Shown here in pieces: positions 16,755 to 26,764 of a DNA stretch of 64,000 nucleotides (position 1 is the first letter of the stretch; each line of letters starts with the position of its first letter). The stretch comes from Escherichia virus TH43, in the sequence record MT446414.1. One strand, 5' to 3'. Both the position numbers and the translations under genes were made by a program. The notes beneath the pieces were generated by a model that was not told the origin of the DNA, did no database searches, and saw nothing but the letters and a program-made list of their open reading frames with translations.

Positions 16755-19700
16755 TTACTCTTTAGCTCGAACTCTAACCCGGAGTTTAGCTTGACGCTTA
16801 CTTCTCTCCAACTTGTCAGACAGAGAACCACGTTTGACTTTCAACTCTCCCTCGTCATTATACTTCTCCAAGAACTGTAAATACTCTTGTCGAGTAGTTG
16901 TCTTGTAAGAAGGAATCTTAACATCAGGATTCTCTTCAATCACACGTCTAATCTTCGCTACATCATCCCGCCCTAAAAGTTTCCCTTTAGCTTGTTCAGC
17001 AGTAGAACCAAAGATTTTCTCCAGTGCTCTAGATTTGTTACCACCCGCTGAAGCAGCACCAAGTTTCGCAATAGCAGAGTAATCGTCAGCACTAAACCAA
17101 GCCACTGGATTATCTCCATATTGTTTCTTGTTCTCCGCAGCAGTTTGTAAAGCACGCACAAAGCGACGGTTATTACCAGCTTTGTCAGCACCATGAACCC
17201 TATCTAGAACTTCTGCTACACTAGCCAGCTCCTGCAAGTCTTTCCCTTCGATAAAAGCTTTCTCTGCTTTGTTAGCAAAGTCATCTTCCTGCTTCTTAAT
17301 ACTTTCCAGTATATCAGAGGAGGCTTGAGACCTTTCATCTTCCGGCAACGCCGAACGAACTTTCTCCATTTCCAACTCTTCATCCTGAAGTTTCTTCAAC
17401 TCAGAATCTACCTTCCTAGCATCTTCGATAGCTTTCGAAGTATCTGCATCCACCTCTACCTTCCCATCCATATCACCAGTTGCCTTAGCAATATCTTTCT
17501 CGATTGGTGTCATCTTCTCAAAATCCTTAGCAAACTTTGAAATATCCGATTCAATACGAGAACGAGCATTCTGGTGCTCAGTAGGAGTCATAGGTTTCTC
17601 CAGAAGAGAGTAACGGTTATCCATATAAGAACCTGCAAAGATTTCTGCATCTTCTTTAGGAATCCCTTTATCCTCCATAGAACGCATCAGGCGCTTATGA
17701 ATGTCATCACGTTGGCGTTGTATTGCCATGCGATCGTTCTCTGCTTCCTGAGCTTCTTTGAGCTTCTTGTCACGTTGTACACGGGAATCAATGTCGTATT
17801 TACGGTTCATCTCTTCCGCCTGTTCGTACATCTTATTCCACTTAGCTTCTCGAGCATCTTCTTCCGCTTCAGTGAGACGACGCTTACGGTCAATGTAATC
17901 ACTTTCTGCGTTGTGGATACGTTCGATAATACTACGGAAACGCTCCGGTGGCACAGGAGAGTTCTTATCGTGGTGAGCTGCTAACTGTTTCAGTGTACGA
18001 CCTTCCTGAGACTCACGTACCGACTCTGGTAAATCTTTCAACAGGTTCTCCATCTCCGATTTCTGAGCCGCTATAGCTTCGAGAGACTGTCTTTCTGTCT
18101 CTACTGCTGCCTTGGCATCACTACGAGCTTTAGCCCTGTTACGGAGCGTCTCAAGACGTTCTTGACGTGCTTGCAAATGTTTAGCTGCTGCTTCGTACTG
18201 AGAGTTCTTATTAGCTTTGTTGAACATGTTAACTTCACGGTTATATGTGTTAATGAAGCCATCCCATATATCCTTCATCTGTCCCACTTCCAAAGCATCT
18301 TCCCTTCCAGCCTTCTCTGAAGCTTTAAACTTCCCATCTACAAAGTCTTCCATCAACTTACGCATAGCATCTTTTTGAGCTGGACGTAATGGCTCTGCAT
18401 CAAGAAGTAAATTGATTTCGCTGTGTAACTCTTTCTTCTGGTCAACCAGCTTAGGAGCATCAGCTTTATCAAGCTTCTTATTCTCTGCAAGAGCTTCTTC
18501 ATACATCCTATTAAATTCATCATCACGTTGTTTCTGATACAGACGTTCAGACCTACGCTTCAGTGAGTCTAGACTAGTCACGTTCCCACCAATACCTTTC
18601 TCCTCAGCACGTAATGCCTTGGTAGCAATATCAGAAGGTAGACCACGTTCCTTAACCCAATCAGCAAACGAAGAACGAACACGTTGTGACTTAGCAGCAG
18701 CAATACCCTGTTGAGAAGCAAGTTGGTTACGAGCCATCTCAGCATGACGTTCAGCATTGTTGGCTTGGTCTTCCTGACGGATACGACGCATCAACTCTTT
18801 CGGGTCACCTTTATAAGAAAGGAAGTTCTCAGCTGTGGCTTTAGCCTTAGCACCTGCCGTATACAGAGAACGAGCAAAGCGATCTGCACGATCTTTAGTA
18901 GCTTGACGGGCAGCACTTGACATAGCAGCCAGACGCTCTATTCCAGTAGCTGGTTTAACAGGCTCAGGCTCAACCTCAGGAGCTTTAGGAGCACGGGTAG
19001 GTAATGGCTCGGCTTGAACGATAGGCTCCTCAGGAACGCTCTCAGCAGCCTTGCTAGCCTCTTCTGCTTCTTGACGTTTACGAGCTTCTGCAACAGCACG
19101 ACGCTGAGCAACTAAATCCCTTGCGGTAGTAACTGGTTCTTGTGGAACTGGCTCTGGAGTTGGTTCTTCCTGAACCCTGTTAGCTTCGGCTTCTTGACGT
19201 CTAGCTTCAGCTTCCTTCAAAGCACGTCTCTGTGCGACCAAATCACGAGCAGTTAAAGGAGAGGTTTCTGGAGAGGAAATTTCTTCCGTCACAGTAGTAG
19301 CAGAAGGCTCCCGAACCGGTTCGATTTCCGTGTCATTTTGAGTCTTAAATTTAATGTCATCAACTTCAGGTTCTTTCTCCATCGCAGCACGGGCTTCATC
19401 AGCCTGAGCACGAGCACGAGTTACTTCCATATCACTACGAGCAAGAGAACGAATAGCTTCACTGTTAGCAGCCTGCTGGCTTTCACGTTGAGAGCGAGCA
19501 CGGTCAGAACGGAAACGGTTAAGAACATGCTTAGCAGCACCAAGAGGATTCTTAATCAGAACTGGAGGAGCAGCTTCTTTAAAACCATCAGCAGTCAGAG
19601 AAGTCCAACCACGGTCTTGGTTACTCATTAACTTAGCTGTGTTATTCAGAGTGAAAGCATCTTGGATTGGGTTGAAACCTTCAGGCATTCCTTTAAGTTT

Positions 19701-21173
19701 CTTCAAACCACCAATAGCAGTTTTCATTTCTGGAGATACATTATCAGCCAGTTTCTGAAGCTCTGTAGCTTTCTCTATGAAGTTATTAAAGTCTTCACCA
19801 TCACGAGCTTTGAATCGATTAGCTTCGTTATAGAAAGTTTTATAAGCATCAATGAAATCACGATCTGCTTGGGTACGATTCTTAATGTCCATAGCACTAC
19901 CAGTAAAATCACCACTGGCACGAGCAGCTGTTAATTCACGATCAAGGTTATCCAGAACATCAGACAAAGATTTAGTGTTGTCTTTTGTATAATCAGCCAT
20001 TGCATCTTTCATTGCCACAGCTTGTTTCTGGTTATGTTCGTTGTCTGCGTTAGCTTTACCTTGCTTCTTATTAGGAGCAGCAAGAGGATTTAAACCCGGA
20101 ACATTAGAACGATCTTCCAGAATAGTAGCAGCCTTCTCGGCACGACTTTGATCAGTATTAAGGATACGCTGAGCAGCAGGAGAGTCCATAGCCACAGCAT
20201 CAGTAACACGGAAACCGTTCTCATCGAGGAGATTAAGAGCAGAAGCTGTGTTAGCGTTATCAGCTTTAGAGTAAGCCTCTCTTAGTTCGTCTGCATTTTT
20301 AGCTGAGCGAATAGCTTCATCTTCAGCGGCAATGTCAGTCTTAACGTGTTCTGGAGTACGGTCAAAGACTTGAGGACTAGGACGACTTATCAATCCATGA
20401 ACCCCACCAATAGCCCCACCGTAAGCAGCACCCATCGCACCTTCTTCTACAGCACCTTCAATGATATTAGCAAGAGTAGTGTCATCACCATATTTGTTCT
20501 GTGCTTCAGCAGCACCTACAAGAGCACCACCTTTAGCACCAGCCACTGCGTTAGATGCTACACTCTGACCAACACGACCTAGGGTAGTAGAAGCAGTGCC
20601 TGTCATCCCCGGAAGAATCTTCTGAGCTGCAAAGTTAGCACCACCAACTAAACCAGCATCAAGAACAGACTTCTCTTCACCCTCTTCTGGAGTTTGGTCT
20701 GCATAAGCTCTACCTGTTTCACGAGCTGCAATAACAGCAGCAGCTACAGCTGGGTTAGCAACCGTAAGACCAATATCAGCGGCAACGCCAGCATACTGAC
20801 CTACAGATTTACCTACACCATCTTCGATTTGAGAGAGACGTTCTTCTAGTAAGTTTTTAGAGTTGTCTTGAATACGCTTACCGTAACTTGTCTGTGTACC
20901 AGCTAGATTTTCTCCAATCTCAACTAATCCACCAATACCTCTAGCAGCACTGGCTGCAATGTTTGCACCACCTGATTGAATAGCGTTGGACACACCTTGG
21001 GCAAAATCACCAACCAACCCCGGTTGCTCTTCTTGTTTAGGAGCTGGAGCAGCCTCAGGAATCGTTCCACCCGCTGCTTTATACTGTTCTCGCATCTGAG
21101 ACTGTTGCTCAGGGGAGGCATTCAAATACGCAGGGCTTTTAGAAGCTTCTTCCCACGGTTTTAAGTTCGCCAT
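16755..21173 (-). CDS. large virion structural protein (internal/ejection protein candidate), 1472 aa
   Basis: long charged coiled-coil regions with internal tandem repeat; last gene of late block. Confidence 0.55.
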   Translation of the reverse strand: MANLKPWEEASKSPAYLNASPEQQSQMREQYKAAGGTIPEAAPAPKQEEQPGLVGDFAQGVSNAIQSGGANIAASAARGIGGLVEIGENLAGTQTSYGKRIQDNSKNLLEERLSQIEDGVGKSVGQYAGVAADIGLTVANPAVAAAVIAARETGRAYADQTPEEGEEKSVLDAGLVGGANFAAQKILPGMTGTASTTLGRVGQSVASNAVAGAKGGALVGAAEAQNKYGDDTTLANIIEGAVEEGAMGAAYGGAIGGVHGLISRPSPQVFDRTPEHVKTDIAAEDEAIRSAKNADELREAYSKADNANTASALNLLDENGFRVTDAVAMDSPAAQRILNTDQSRAEKAATILEDRSNVPGLNPLAAPNKKQGKANADNEHNQKQAVAMKDAMADYTKDNTKSLSDVLDNLDRELTAARASGDFTGSAMDIKNRTQADRDFIDAYKTFYNEANRFKARDGEDFNNFIEKATELQKLADNVSPEMKTAIGGLKKLKGMPEGFNPIQDAFTLNNTAKLMSNQDRGWTSLTADGFKEAAPPVLIKNPLGAAKHVLNRFRSDRARSQRESQQAANSEAIRSLARSDMEVTRARAQADEARAAMEKEPEVDDIKFKTQNDTEIEPVREPSATTVTEEISSPETSPLTARDLVAQRRALKEAEARRQEAEANRVQEEPTPEPVPQEPVTTARDLVAQRRAVAEARKRQEAEEASKAAESVPEEPIVQAEPLPTRAPKAPEVEPEPVKPATGIERLAAMSSAARQATKDRADRFARSLYTAGAKAKATAENFLSYKGDPKELMRRIRQEDQANNAERHAEMARNQLASQQGIAAAKSQRVRSSFADWVKERGLPSDIATKALRAEEKGIGGNVTSLDSLKRRSERLYQKQRDDEFNRMYEEALAENKKLDKADAPKLVDQKKELHSEINLLLDAEPLRPAQKDAMRKLMEDFVDGKFKASEKAGREDALEVGQMKDIWDGFINTYNREVNMFNKANKNSQYEAAAKHLQARQERLETLRNRAKARSDAKAAVETERQSLEAIAAQKSEMENLLKDLPESVRESQEGRTLKQLAAHHDKNSPVPPERFRSIIERIHNAESDYIDRKRRLTEAEEDAREAKWNKMYEQAEEMNRKYDIDSRVQRDKKLKEAQEAENDRMAIQRQRDDIHKRLMRSMEDKGIPKEDAEIFAGSYMDNRYSLLEKPMTPTEHQNARSRIESDISKFAKDFEKMTPIEKDIAKATGDMDGKVEVDADTSKAIEDARKVDSELKKLQDEELEMEKVRSALPEDERSQASSDILESIKKQEDDFANKAEKAFIEGKDLQELASVAEVLDRVHGADKAGNNRRFVRALQTAAENKKQYGDNPVAWFSADDYSAIAKLGAASAGGNKSRALEKIFGSTAEQAKGKLLGRDDVAKIRRVIEENPDVKIPSYKTTTRQEYLQFLEKYNDEGELKVKRGSLSDKLERSKRQAKLRVRVRAKE

Positions 21174-21204
21174 AATTTCTCCTTATAAATAAAAATGTCC
21201 TACC

Positions 21205-21222
21205 TCCTATATACATTATAAG
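21205..21222 (-). promoter_or_regulatory. candidate phage-specific promoter motif (minus strand TATAATGTATATAGGAGG)
   Basis: TAATGTATATA motif ~35 nt upstream of ATG 21173. Confidence 0.35.
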
Positions 21223-21238
21223 AGATAGGACTTAGGTC

Positions 21239-22870
21239 TTACTGAGTCATCCAATCAGTGTTAGAAGACAAAGCACCGTTAAGTTTAGGATTGGTTGCTG
21301 AACCACCAACAGCTGCTTCAGACTCTGCTTCGAATACACCGAGAGGGTCATAGAAACCAGCAGAAGGAATAGCTCGGTTAACAAGAGCAGTTGCACGTTT
21401 CTTGTCCATACCAGAACCAACATAAGCTTCAATAGTTGCTTTCTTAGAATCTTTAACACCTTTCTCAGCAGAAGTAGCACCGACCGTCGCTTGTTTACGA
21501 GCATAAGACAGAGCAGCATCAGATGGACGATAACCAGCTTTAAGAGACCAAGTGTTACCTACCTTAACAAGAATGGATGGGTCTTCTGCGAAGTGTGACA
21601 AGTCATCAGCTTGCAGAGAACGGTTAGCTCCAATCTCAGCTCTTGCGGAGTTCATAATAGCCTGCATGTAAGCAGAACGAGCAGTCTGATAATCACCATC
21701 CTTAACTGCTTTGTCTGCCAAATCCAAATCTTTATGAGACTGGTTAAACAGTCCTGCCTTCTCTGCCCACTGTTTAGCAACCGTACCTTCAGCAGTGTTC
21801 TGAGCAAGACGAACTTCTTTCGGGTTAAAGTTAAAACTTTGAGCAGCTTGTTCTGCACGGTCTGCCTTAACTTGATCACGATAACCAATCAACTCTTTCT
21901 GTTTCTCAAACTGAGCATCAGCACGTTGTTCAGCAGCACGACGAGTTTCAGCAGCACGTTCCCGCATCGAATTCTCTTGAATCTGTTGACGTCTGTCCCA
22001 CTCTTGATTAGCACGAGCTTCGTCTTGAGCGGCTAGAGCCATCTTCTCTTGAGGACTAATCTGACGCATCTTCAGAAGAGAAGGATCACCAGCAGCTACA
22101 GCAGCAGCTACAGAATCCTGAGAGTAACCTTGTTCGATCAGGTTATCACGGTTCAGTTCTAATTGTTGTTTAGCTTCATCCTGAGATGCCATACCAGAGC
22201 CAATCTGGAATGCTTCAATCGGAGATTTACCAGACATAATAGAAAGACCCACACCCATCAATCCTGTATAGAAACTAGAGTTTTGATAGAAAGGTTGTTT
22301 CTGCATAGTCTTCCAAGCTTCTGCTGGATTCTTGGACTGTGCAACTTTAAGAATATCCTGATTCACACGTTCCTGATCAGCAGCACGAGTAGCACCACCC
22401 ATACCTTCACCCTGAGGAACACCAGAAGCGATAGTATTCATGACACCTTGGGCCTGTTGTACTTGCTCAGGGGCAAACTCTTTATCTGACTCTTCAATTG
22501 GTTTAGCAGGAGCTGTAACCGGAAGAGGGTTAGAAGCAGGAGCTACGTCAGCAGGCATCATAGAGCCTTCATCACCCGGATTAATGCCAGCATCAATACC
22601 AGCCAAACTAGTAGGAGTAGAAATACCCTGCTGTTCATAAAGACGTTGCTTGAATCCCGGATTCATCATAGCTTCTTGGTCAGCCTGTGCTTGTTCGACT
22701 GTAGCTCCTAAGACAGCAGGAAGAGCTGGACGCTGATACATAGATAAGTCAGCTGCTGGACCAGCAGGTCTGGACATGTAAGGAGAGGCCGTAACCCCTC
22801 TCTGACGATCACCATAAATCTGATTTCGCGGGTCTTGACTACGAAGATACGCGTAAGATGTTTGTTGCAT
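21239..22870 (-). CDS. virion structural protein (internal virion protein candidate)
   Basis: position in structural block; low-complexity regions. Confidence 0.5.
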   Translation of the reverse strand: MQQTSYAYLRSQDPRNQIYGDRQRGVTASPYMSRPAGPAADLSMYQRPALPAVLGATVEQAQADQEAMMNPGFKQRLYEQQGISTPTSLAGIDAGINPGDEGSMMPADVAPASNPLPVTAPAKPIEESDKEFAPEQVQQAQGVMNTIASGVPQGEGMGGATRAADQERVNQDILKVAQSKNPAEAWKTMQKQPFYQNSSFYTGLMGVGLSIMSGKSPIEAFQIGSGMASQDEAKQQLELNRDNLIEQGYSQDSVAAAVAAGDPSLLKMRQISPQEKMALAAQDEARANQEWDRRQQIQENSMRERAAETRRAAEQRADAQFEKQKELIGYRDQVKADRAEQAAQSFNFNPKEVRLAQNTAEGTVAKQWAEKAGLFNQSHKDLDLADKAVKDGDYQTARSAYMQAIMNSARAEIGANRSLQADDLSHFAEDPSILVKVGNTWSLKAGYRPSDAALSYARKQATVGATSAEKGVKDSKKATIEAYVGSGMDKKRATALVNRAIPSAGFYDPLGVFEAESEAAVGGSATNPKLNGALSSNTDWMTQ

Positions 22871-22884
22871 AATTAATCTCCTAA

Positions 22885-23853
22885 TTAAGAACTAGCCAAC
22901 CCACCGATAACCCCACCTGCTAACGCACCCCAAGGTCCGAAGGAAGAGCCTGCTGCTGCGCCACTCATAGCACCACCTAAGAAACCACTCCCACCACCTG
23001 AAACCTTATTAGTAGTTGTAGTACCTAAAGCACCGTTGAGAACACCAGCTGCACCGAGTTGGTTGTTAATGTCTTGCCAGCCCCAATTGGCTGCATTCTG
23101 AGCATTTGTATAAGCATTATCCAGACCAGCTTGTTGCTGTTGCTGTTGCTGCAAACCTGCTGCCCACTGATTCTGCATCTGCTGCTGGGATAGTTGACCT
23201 GCTTGGGTTCCTAGATTAGATAAAGAACTACCAATTCCAGAGAGTCCACTTAGAGCAGAAGCTTGAGATTGTCTATTACCTGACAGAATGCTTTGAGCTT
23301 GATTAAGAGCTGAATCATAAGCACTGTTGGTAATATTGGTTGCTGTGTTCTGCATCTGATTAAGAGCATCACCTTGAGCAAAAGATTTAGCCATTCTAGC
23401 ACCTGAACCTTGCTGTCCAGCATATTGCTGAGCCAACTGAGGTAGAGCATTACGAGCCAAATCCTGTTGTGTCTGTTCATTGTTAGCTGTAATAGCAGCC
23501 TGAACAGCTTCATCGTCATAGAGCTGACCAGCCAAGGCACCAATCTGTTCACCAGTAATTTGACCAGAGTTAGATAGGTTGTTATATCCTGAATTGGCTT
23601 GGTCGAGATACCCCAGACCAGATTGAGCAGCATCCATATATTGAGAAGACAGAGCACCAAGTGCTCCTGATTGAGAAAGGTTATTCAGAGCCTCAGTTTG
23701 GTTCTGATTGAAACCTACATTATCTCTATAAACATAATCGCCTGAACTTGTGTTATTCACCTGATTAACCAGTTGGTCAATATAGGATTGAATATATTCA
23801 GGTCTTGTCATTTTGGAAGTAGAAGAGCTACTCCCTCCACCGAATAAAGCCAT
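22885..23853 (-). CDS. Q/N/G/S-rich low-complexity virion protein; paralog of 23863..24912
   Basis: M-x-LFG N-terminus, Q/N-rich body, Gly-rich hydrophobic C-terminus. Confidence 0.5.
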   Translation of the reverse strand: MALFGGGSSSSTSKMTRPEYIQSYIDQLVNQVNNTSSGDYVYRDNVGFNQNQTEALNNLSQSGALGALSSQYMDAAQSGLGYLDQANSGYNNLSNSGQITGEQIGALAGQLYDDEAVQAAITANNEQTQQDLARNALPQLAQQYAGQQGSGARMAKSFAQGDALNQMQNTATNITNSAYDSALNQAQSILSGNRQSQASALSGLSGIGSSLSNLGTQAGQLSQQQMQNQWAAGLQQQQQQQAGLDNAYTNAQNAANWGWQDINNQLGAAGVLNGALGTTTTNKVSGGGSGFLGGAMSGAAAGSSFGPWGALAGGVIGGLASS

Positions 23854-23862
23854 AAACCCTCC

Positions 23863-24912
23863 TTAGTTTGCCCCGAAGGCACCTAGAACACCACCCAAAA
23901 TATTACTCCCAGCTGTAGACAACCAGTTATTCTGATTACTCTGATTGGACAGGTTAGACCCACCGATCATAGGACCAGCCATACCAGATTGACCACCCGA
24001 AGCATTATAAGAGTTCCAAGCATTCTGAGTTTGTTGACTAGGAGTGAAAGCACCCAATCTACCAGCAATACCTAGACCAGTCACTCCAGCACCGAGAATT
24101 TGCTGGGATGTGTTAGGAGAGGCTCCTTTATTAGTAATTGTATAACCAGCCATAGGGCTTACTGAGTTTAATACATTTAATTGGTTGTTGAGTTGATTCC
24201 ATCCGTACTGTTGACTACCAATAGCATTCTGCCAATTAAGGTCAGCTTGAGTCTGATCTTGCTGCTGCTGTAAGTTACCAGCAGTAAGTTGATTCTGGAT
24301 AGCCTGTTGAGCTGCCTGAGTGCCTTGAGAGCCGAGGTTAAGGTTTTGTCCAGCCAACCCTGTTTGTGCGTTCAGAAGGCCTTGCTGGAAGGAACTGTTA
24401 GACCTTAAAGCGTCAACACCTAAGTTCTTACCAGAGATAGTACGAGACAGGTTGGTATTAGCAGAATTCAAAGCAGCACCCTGAGCAGCAGCCCTACGAA
24501 GAGACCCTGAATCAGAACCATTACCAAGAGATACGTTAGATGCAGCCTTTCCTGTTGCCTGAGCCAGTGCAGAACTGTTTAGACCAGAACTGAACTTGTT
24601 AACATCACTAGCACTGATTGAACTATTAGCCAAGTCTTGATATCTCTGAGCCAAAGTGTTCATCTGATCCAGACCTTGTTGTGTCCGAGGAGTATACATA
24701 TTACTCAGTTGATTCAAGGTGGAAGAGTTAGCTAAGTTAGATAGAGCAGCTTGTTGGTTAGGGTTAAGGCCAGCTAGTTGCTGAGAAATAAATCCAGCAT
24801 CATTGCTGTTCATATTCTGAGCATTAGCCACAATCTGTTTTAACAGAGCATCAACCTGAGAGGATGGAGCCACTGTAGTTTTAGTCTTAGAAGCAGACCC
24901 GAATAAAGACAT
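23863..24912 (-). CDS. Q/N/G/S-rich low-complexity virion protein; paralog of 22885..23853
   Basis: same architecture as its neighbour. Confidence 0.5.
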   Translation of the reverse strand: MSLFGSASKTKTTVAPSSQVDALLKQIVANAQNMNSNDAGFISQQLAGLNPNQQAALSNLANSSTLNQLSNMYTPRTQQGLDQMNTLAQRYQDLANSSISASDVNKFSSGLNSSALAQATGKAASNVSLGNGSDSGSLRRAAAQGAALNSANTNLSRTISGKNLGVDALRSNSSFQQGLLNAQTGLAGQNLNLGSQGTQAAQQAIQNQLTAGNLQQQQDQTQADLNWQNAIGSQQYGWNQLNNQLNVLNSVSPMAGYTITNKGASPNTSQQILGAGVTGLGIAGRLGAFTPSQQTQNAWNSYNASGGQSGMAGPMIGGSNLSNQSNQNNWLSTAGSNILGGVLGAFGAN

Positions 24913-24924
24913 ACGTCCTCCTTA

Positions 24925-25719
24925 TTATTTAATAACACCAACACTTGCCAAACGTCTAAGAACGGCTTGTGTCTGTGGGCTGTATTGAGAACCTGCTTGA
25001 GTTGGTGCATGTGCTCTCTGAACTGTTTGAGACTTAGGAGCCTTTCCTGCTAACATCGCAGCAGCAGCTAGTGCAGCATTACCGAAGTTCTGTTGTGGTT
25101 TCTGATCTTCCCCAGCCTCTTCTGCATCGTCAGAATAGAACTCAGCAGGAGAACCTCCTAGAGCGCCTGTCTTAGCAGCAGCAATCTCAGCTTGAGTAGG
25201 AGCATTAGCAGCACCTTCTTTAGTAACCAACTCAGGAGAGAATTGGTTCACTGGCTGTGCTGATTGTAAAGCCCCAACAGGATTAGCCACCTGACCAGCA
25301 GCATCATTAGCTGTATAGAAAGGAAGGAAGTTCTTATTGTTCATAGAATCCAAGGCTTGAGGTGTAAACCCCTTCTTACCAGCGAACATTTGTTTTGCTC
25401 CACCAGTCCCTTCAGAGTATCCCACCATAGCTTTCTTCACATCACCATTAAAAGCTTTCAAATTATCACGAATATATCTAGCACCCATGTCAATGTTTTT
25501 GGCTGGGTCTAAACGATCTTCTAGTTTGTATCCATAGTCTTTAGCCAACCCTTTACTAATTTGCATTAAACCTACTGGCCCTGTACCTGATGCAACAGAA
25601 GGTCTACCACTAGACTCCCTCTGAATGACCGCATGGATAAGAGCAGCAGGAATGCCATACTTCTTAGAAGCTTGCTGGACCATAGGGTCAAGCTCGGACA
25701 CTCCCATGCGTATTGTCAT
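24925..25719 (-). CDS. lytic transglycosylase (SLT domain) virion protein
   Basis: SLT motif IQRESSGRP...GLMQIS...Y. Confidence 0.7.
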   Translation of the reverse strand: MTIRMGVSELDPMVQQASKKYGIPAALIHAVIQRESSGRPSVASGTGPVGLMQISKGLAKDYGYKLEDRLDPAKNIDMGARYIRDNLKAFNGDVKKAMVGYSEGTGGAKQMFAGKKGFTPQALDSMNNKNFLPFYTANDAAGQVANPVGALQSAQPVNQFSPELVTKEGAANAPTQAEIAAAKTGALGGSPAEFYSDDAEEAGEDQKPQQNFGNAALAAAAMLAGKAPKSQTVQRAHAPTQAGSQYSPQTQAVLRRLASVGVIK

Positions 25720-25731
25720 AAATCCTCCTTA

Positions 25732-26763
25732 TTATAGACCCGCAAAAACTTTAGCCGCATTTATTACCGGAATTGATATATTAATGGCAGAGTTAGAACC
25801 TAGGTCATAATTGGTAGACCACTGGAACATATACCTACCATAGCCAGTACCTATAGAAGATCCTGTCATTACATGAGATCTCATTTGCTGATAGTACCAA
25901 CCACTACCACTACCCCGAATAGCACCTACACCAGAGGAGAGTGGTATCATTGGGTATGCCATACCAGTATCACCTCCAGCAGAACCTACAAAATTATCAA
26001 CAGTAAAAGGTGTTCTATTAGTAGAGAACACACACTGAGTTGTTCCGGGAGAATAAATATTTAATCCACCATTGTGCTCAGGAACTCCTGCTCCATTACA
26101 GAATACTGCGACCCTAGCAAATACAGAACCGCCTTCGTTAGAGTTTCCGTTATTATAAGATCTGTTCTGATATACACGGATCACTCTATCTCCAGATGTA
26201 TAAGAAAGGCCAACCCCTCCGTCAGACCAGTTAGCAAAGACTACAGCATTAGGCATATAAAACCCACCAATGTCAGGAATCTGTAAAGCGCCGTTTATAG
26301 TCCCTTGCCAAGCCCAAATACACTGACCAACAACACCAGCATCAGAGATAGAGAAGTAATCAGCTGTATTAGAGAAGGTAATACCATAATTTCTGTCAGC
26401 TCTTGGGTAGATTTGGTAAACGTTAAACCCACAATCAAACAGGGGGTTACTTCCGGGATTCTGGTTTAAGTTAACTCTGAAAGAGGAGTTATTCTCTACA
26501 TAAATGTTATTAACACAATAAACATCAGGAACCAAGTTAGGAGGAACTTCCCACTGCCAGCACAGAGACCCAGTAGGGACGATAATTATCTGACCGCTAC
26601 CATCCCAACCATTAATAGGGAAAGATCTCCCACCCCCGTTAAAGTTGAAACTCCCACTAATAGAGTTCTTAATCTGAGGGAATGTACTCCCACTATCAAT
26701 AAACAAAGGAGCCGGAGAGGCTGGCCCCGGTCCTACAGGTTGACACCATATTCCATATGCCAT
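25732..26763 (-). CDS. tail protein (Gly/Asn-rich, beta-rich)
   Basis: position; composition. Confidence 0.45.
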   Translation of the reverse strand: MAYGIWCQPVGPGPASPAPLFIDSGSTFPQIKNSISGSFNFNGGGRSFPINGWDGSGQIIIVPTGSLCWQWEVPPNLVPDVYCVNNIYVENNSSFRVNLNQNPGSNPLFDCGFNVYQIYPRADRNYGITFSNTADYFSISDAGVVGQCIWAWQGTINGALQIPDIGGFYMPNAVVFANWSDGGVGLSYTSGDRVIRVYQNRSYNNGNSNEGGSVFARVAVFCNGAGVPEHNGGLNIYSPGTTQCVFSTNRTPFTVDNFVGSAGGDTGMAYPMIPLSSGVGAIRGSGSGWYYQQMRSHVMTGSSIGTGYGRYMFQWSTNYDLGSNSAINISIPVINAAKVFAGL

Positions 26764-26764
26764 A

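Noticed and set aside
16580-16765. 61 aa plus-strand ORF spanning the bidirectional terminator
   Set aside because: It runs straight through the terminator hairpin and has no RBS.
17325-21164. Plus-strand ORFs embedded in the 1472 aa minus-strand gene (for example 17325..17540, 17574..17984, 19338..19631)
   Set aside because: Antisense frames inside a long, well-supported gene; low-complexity translations and no RBS.
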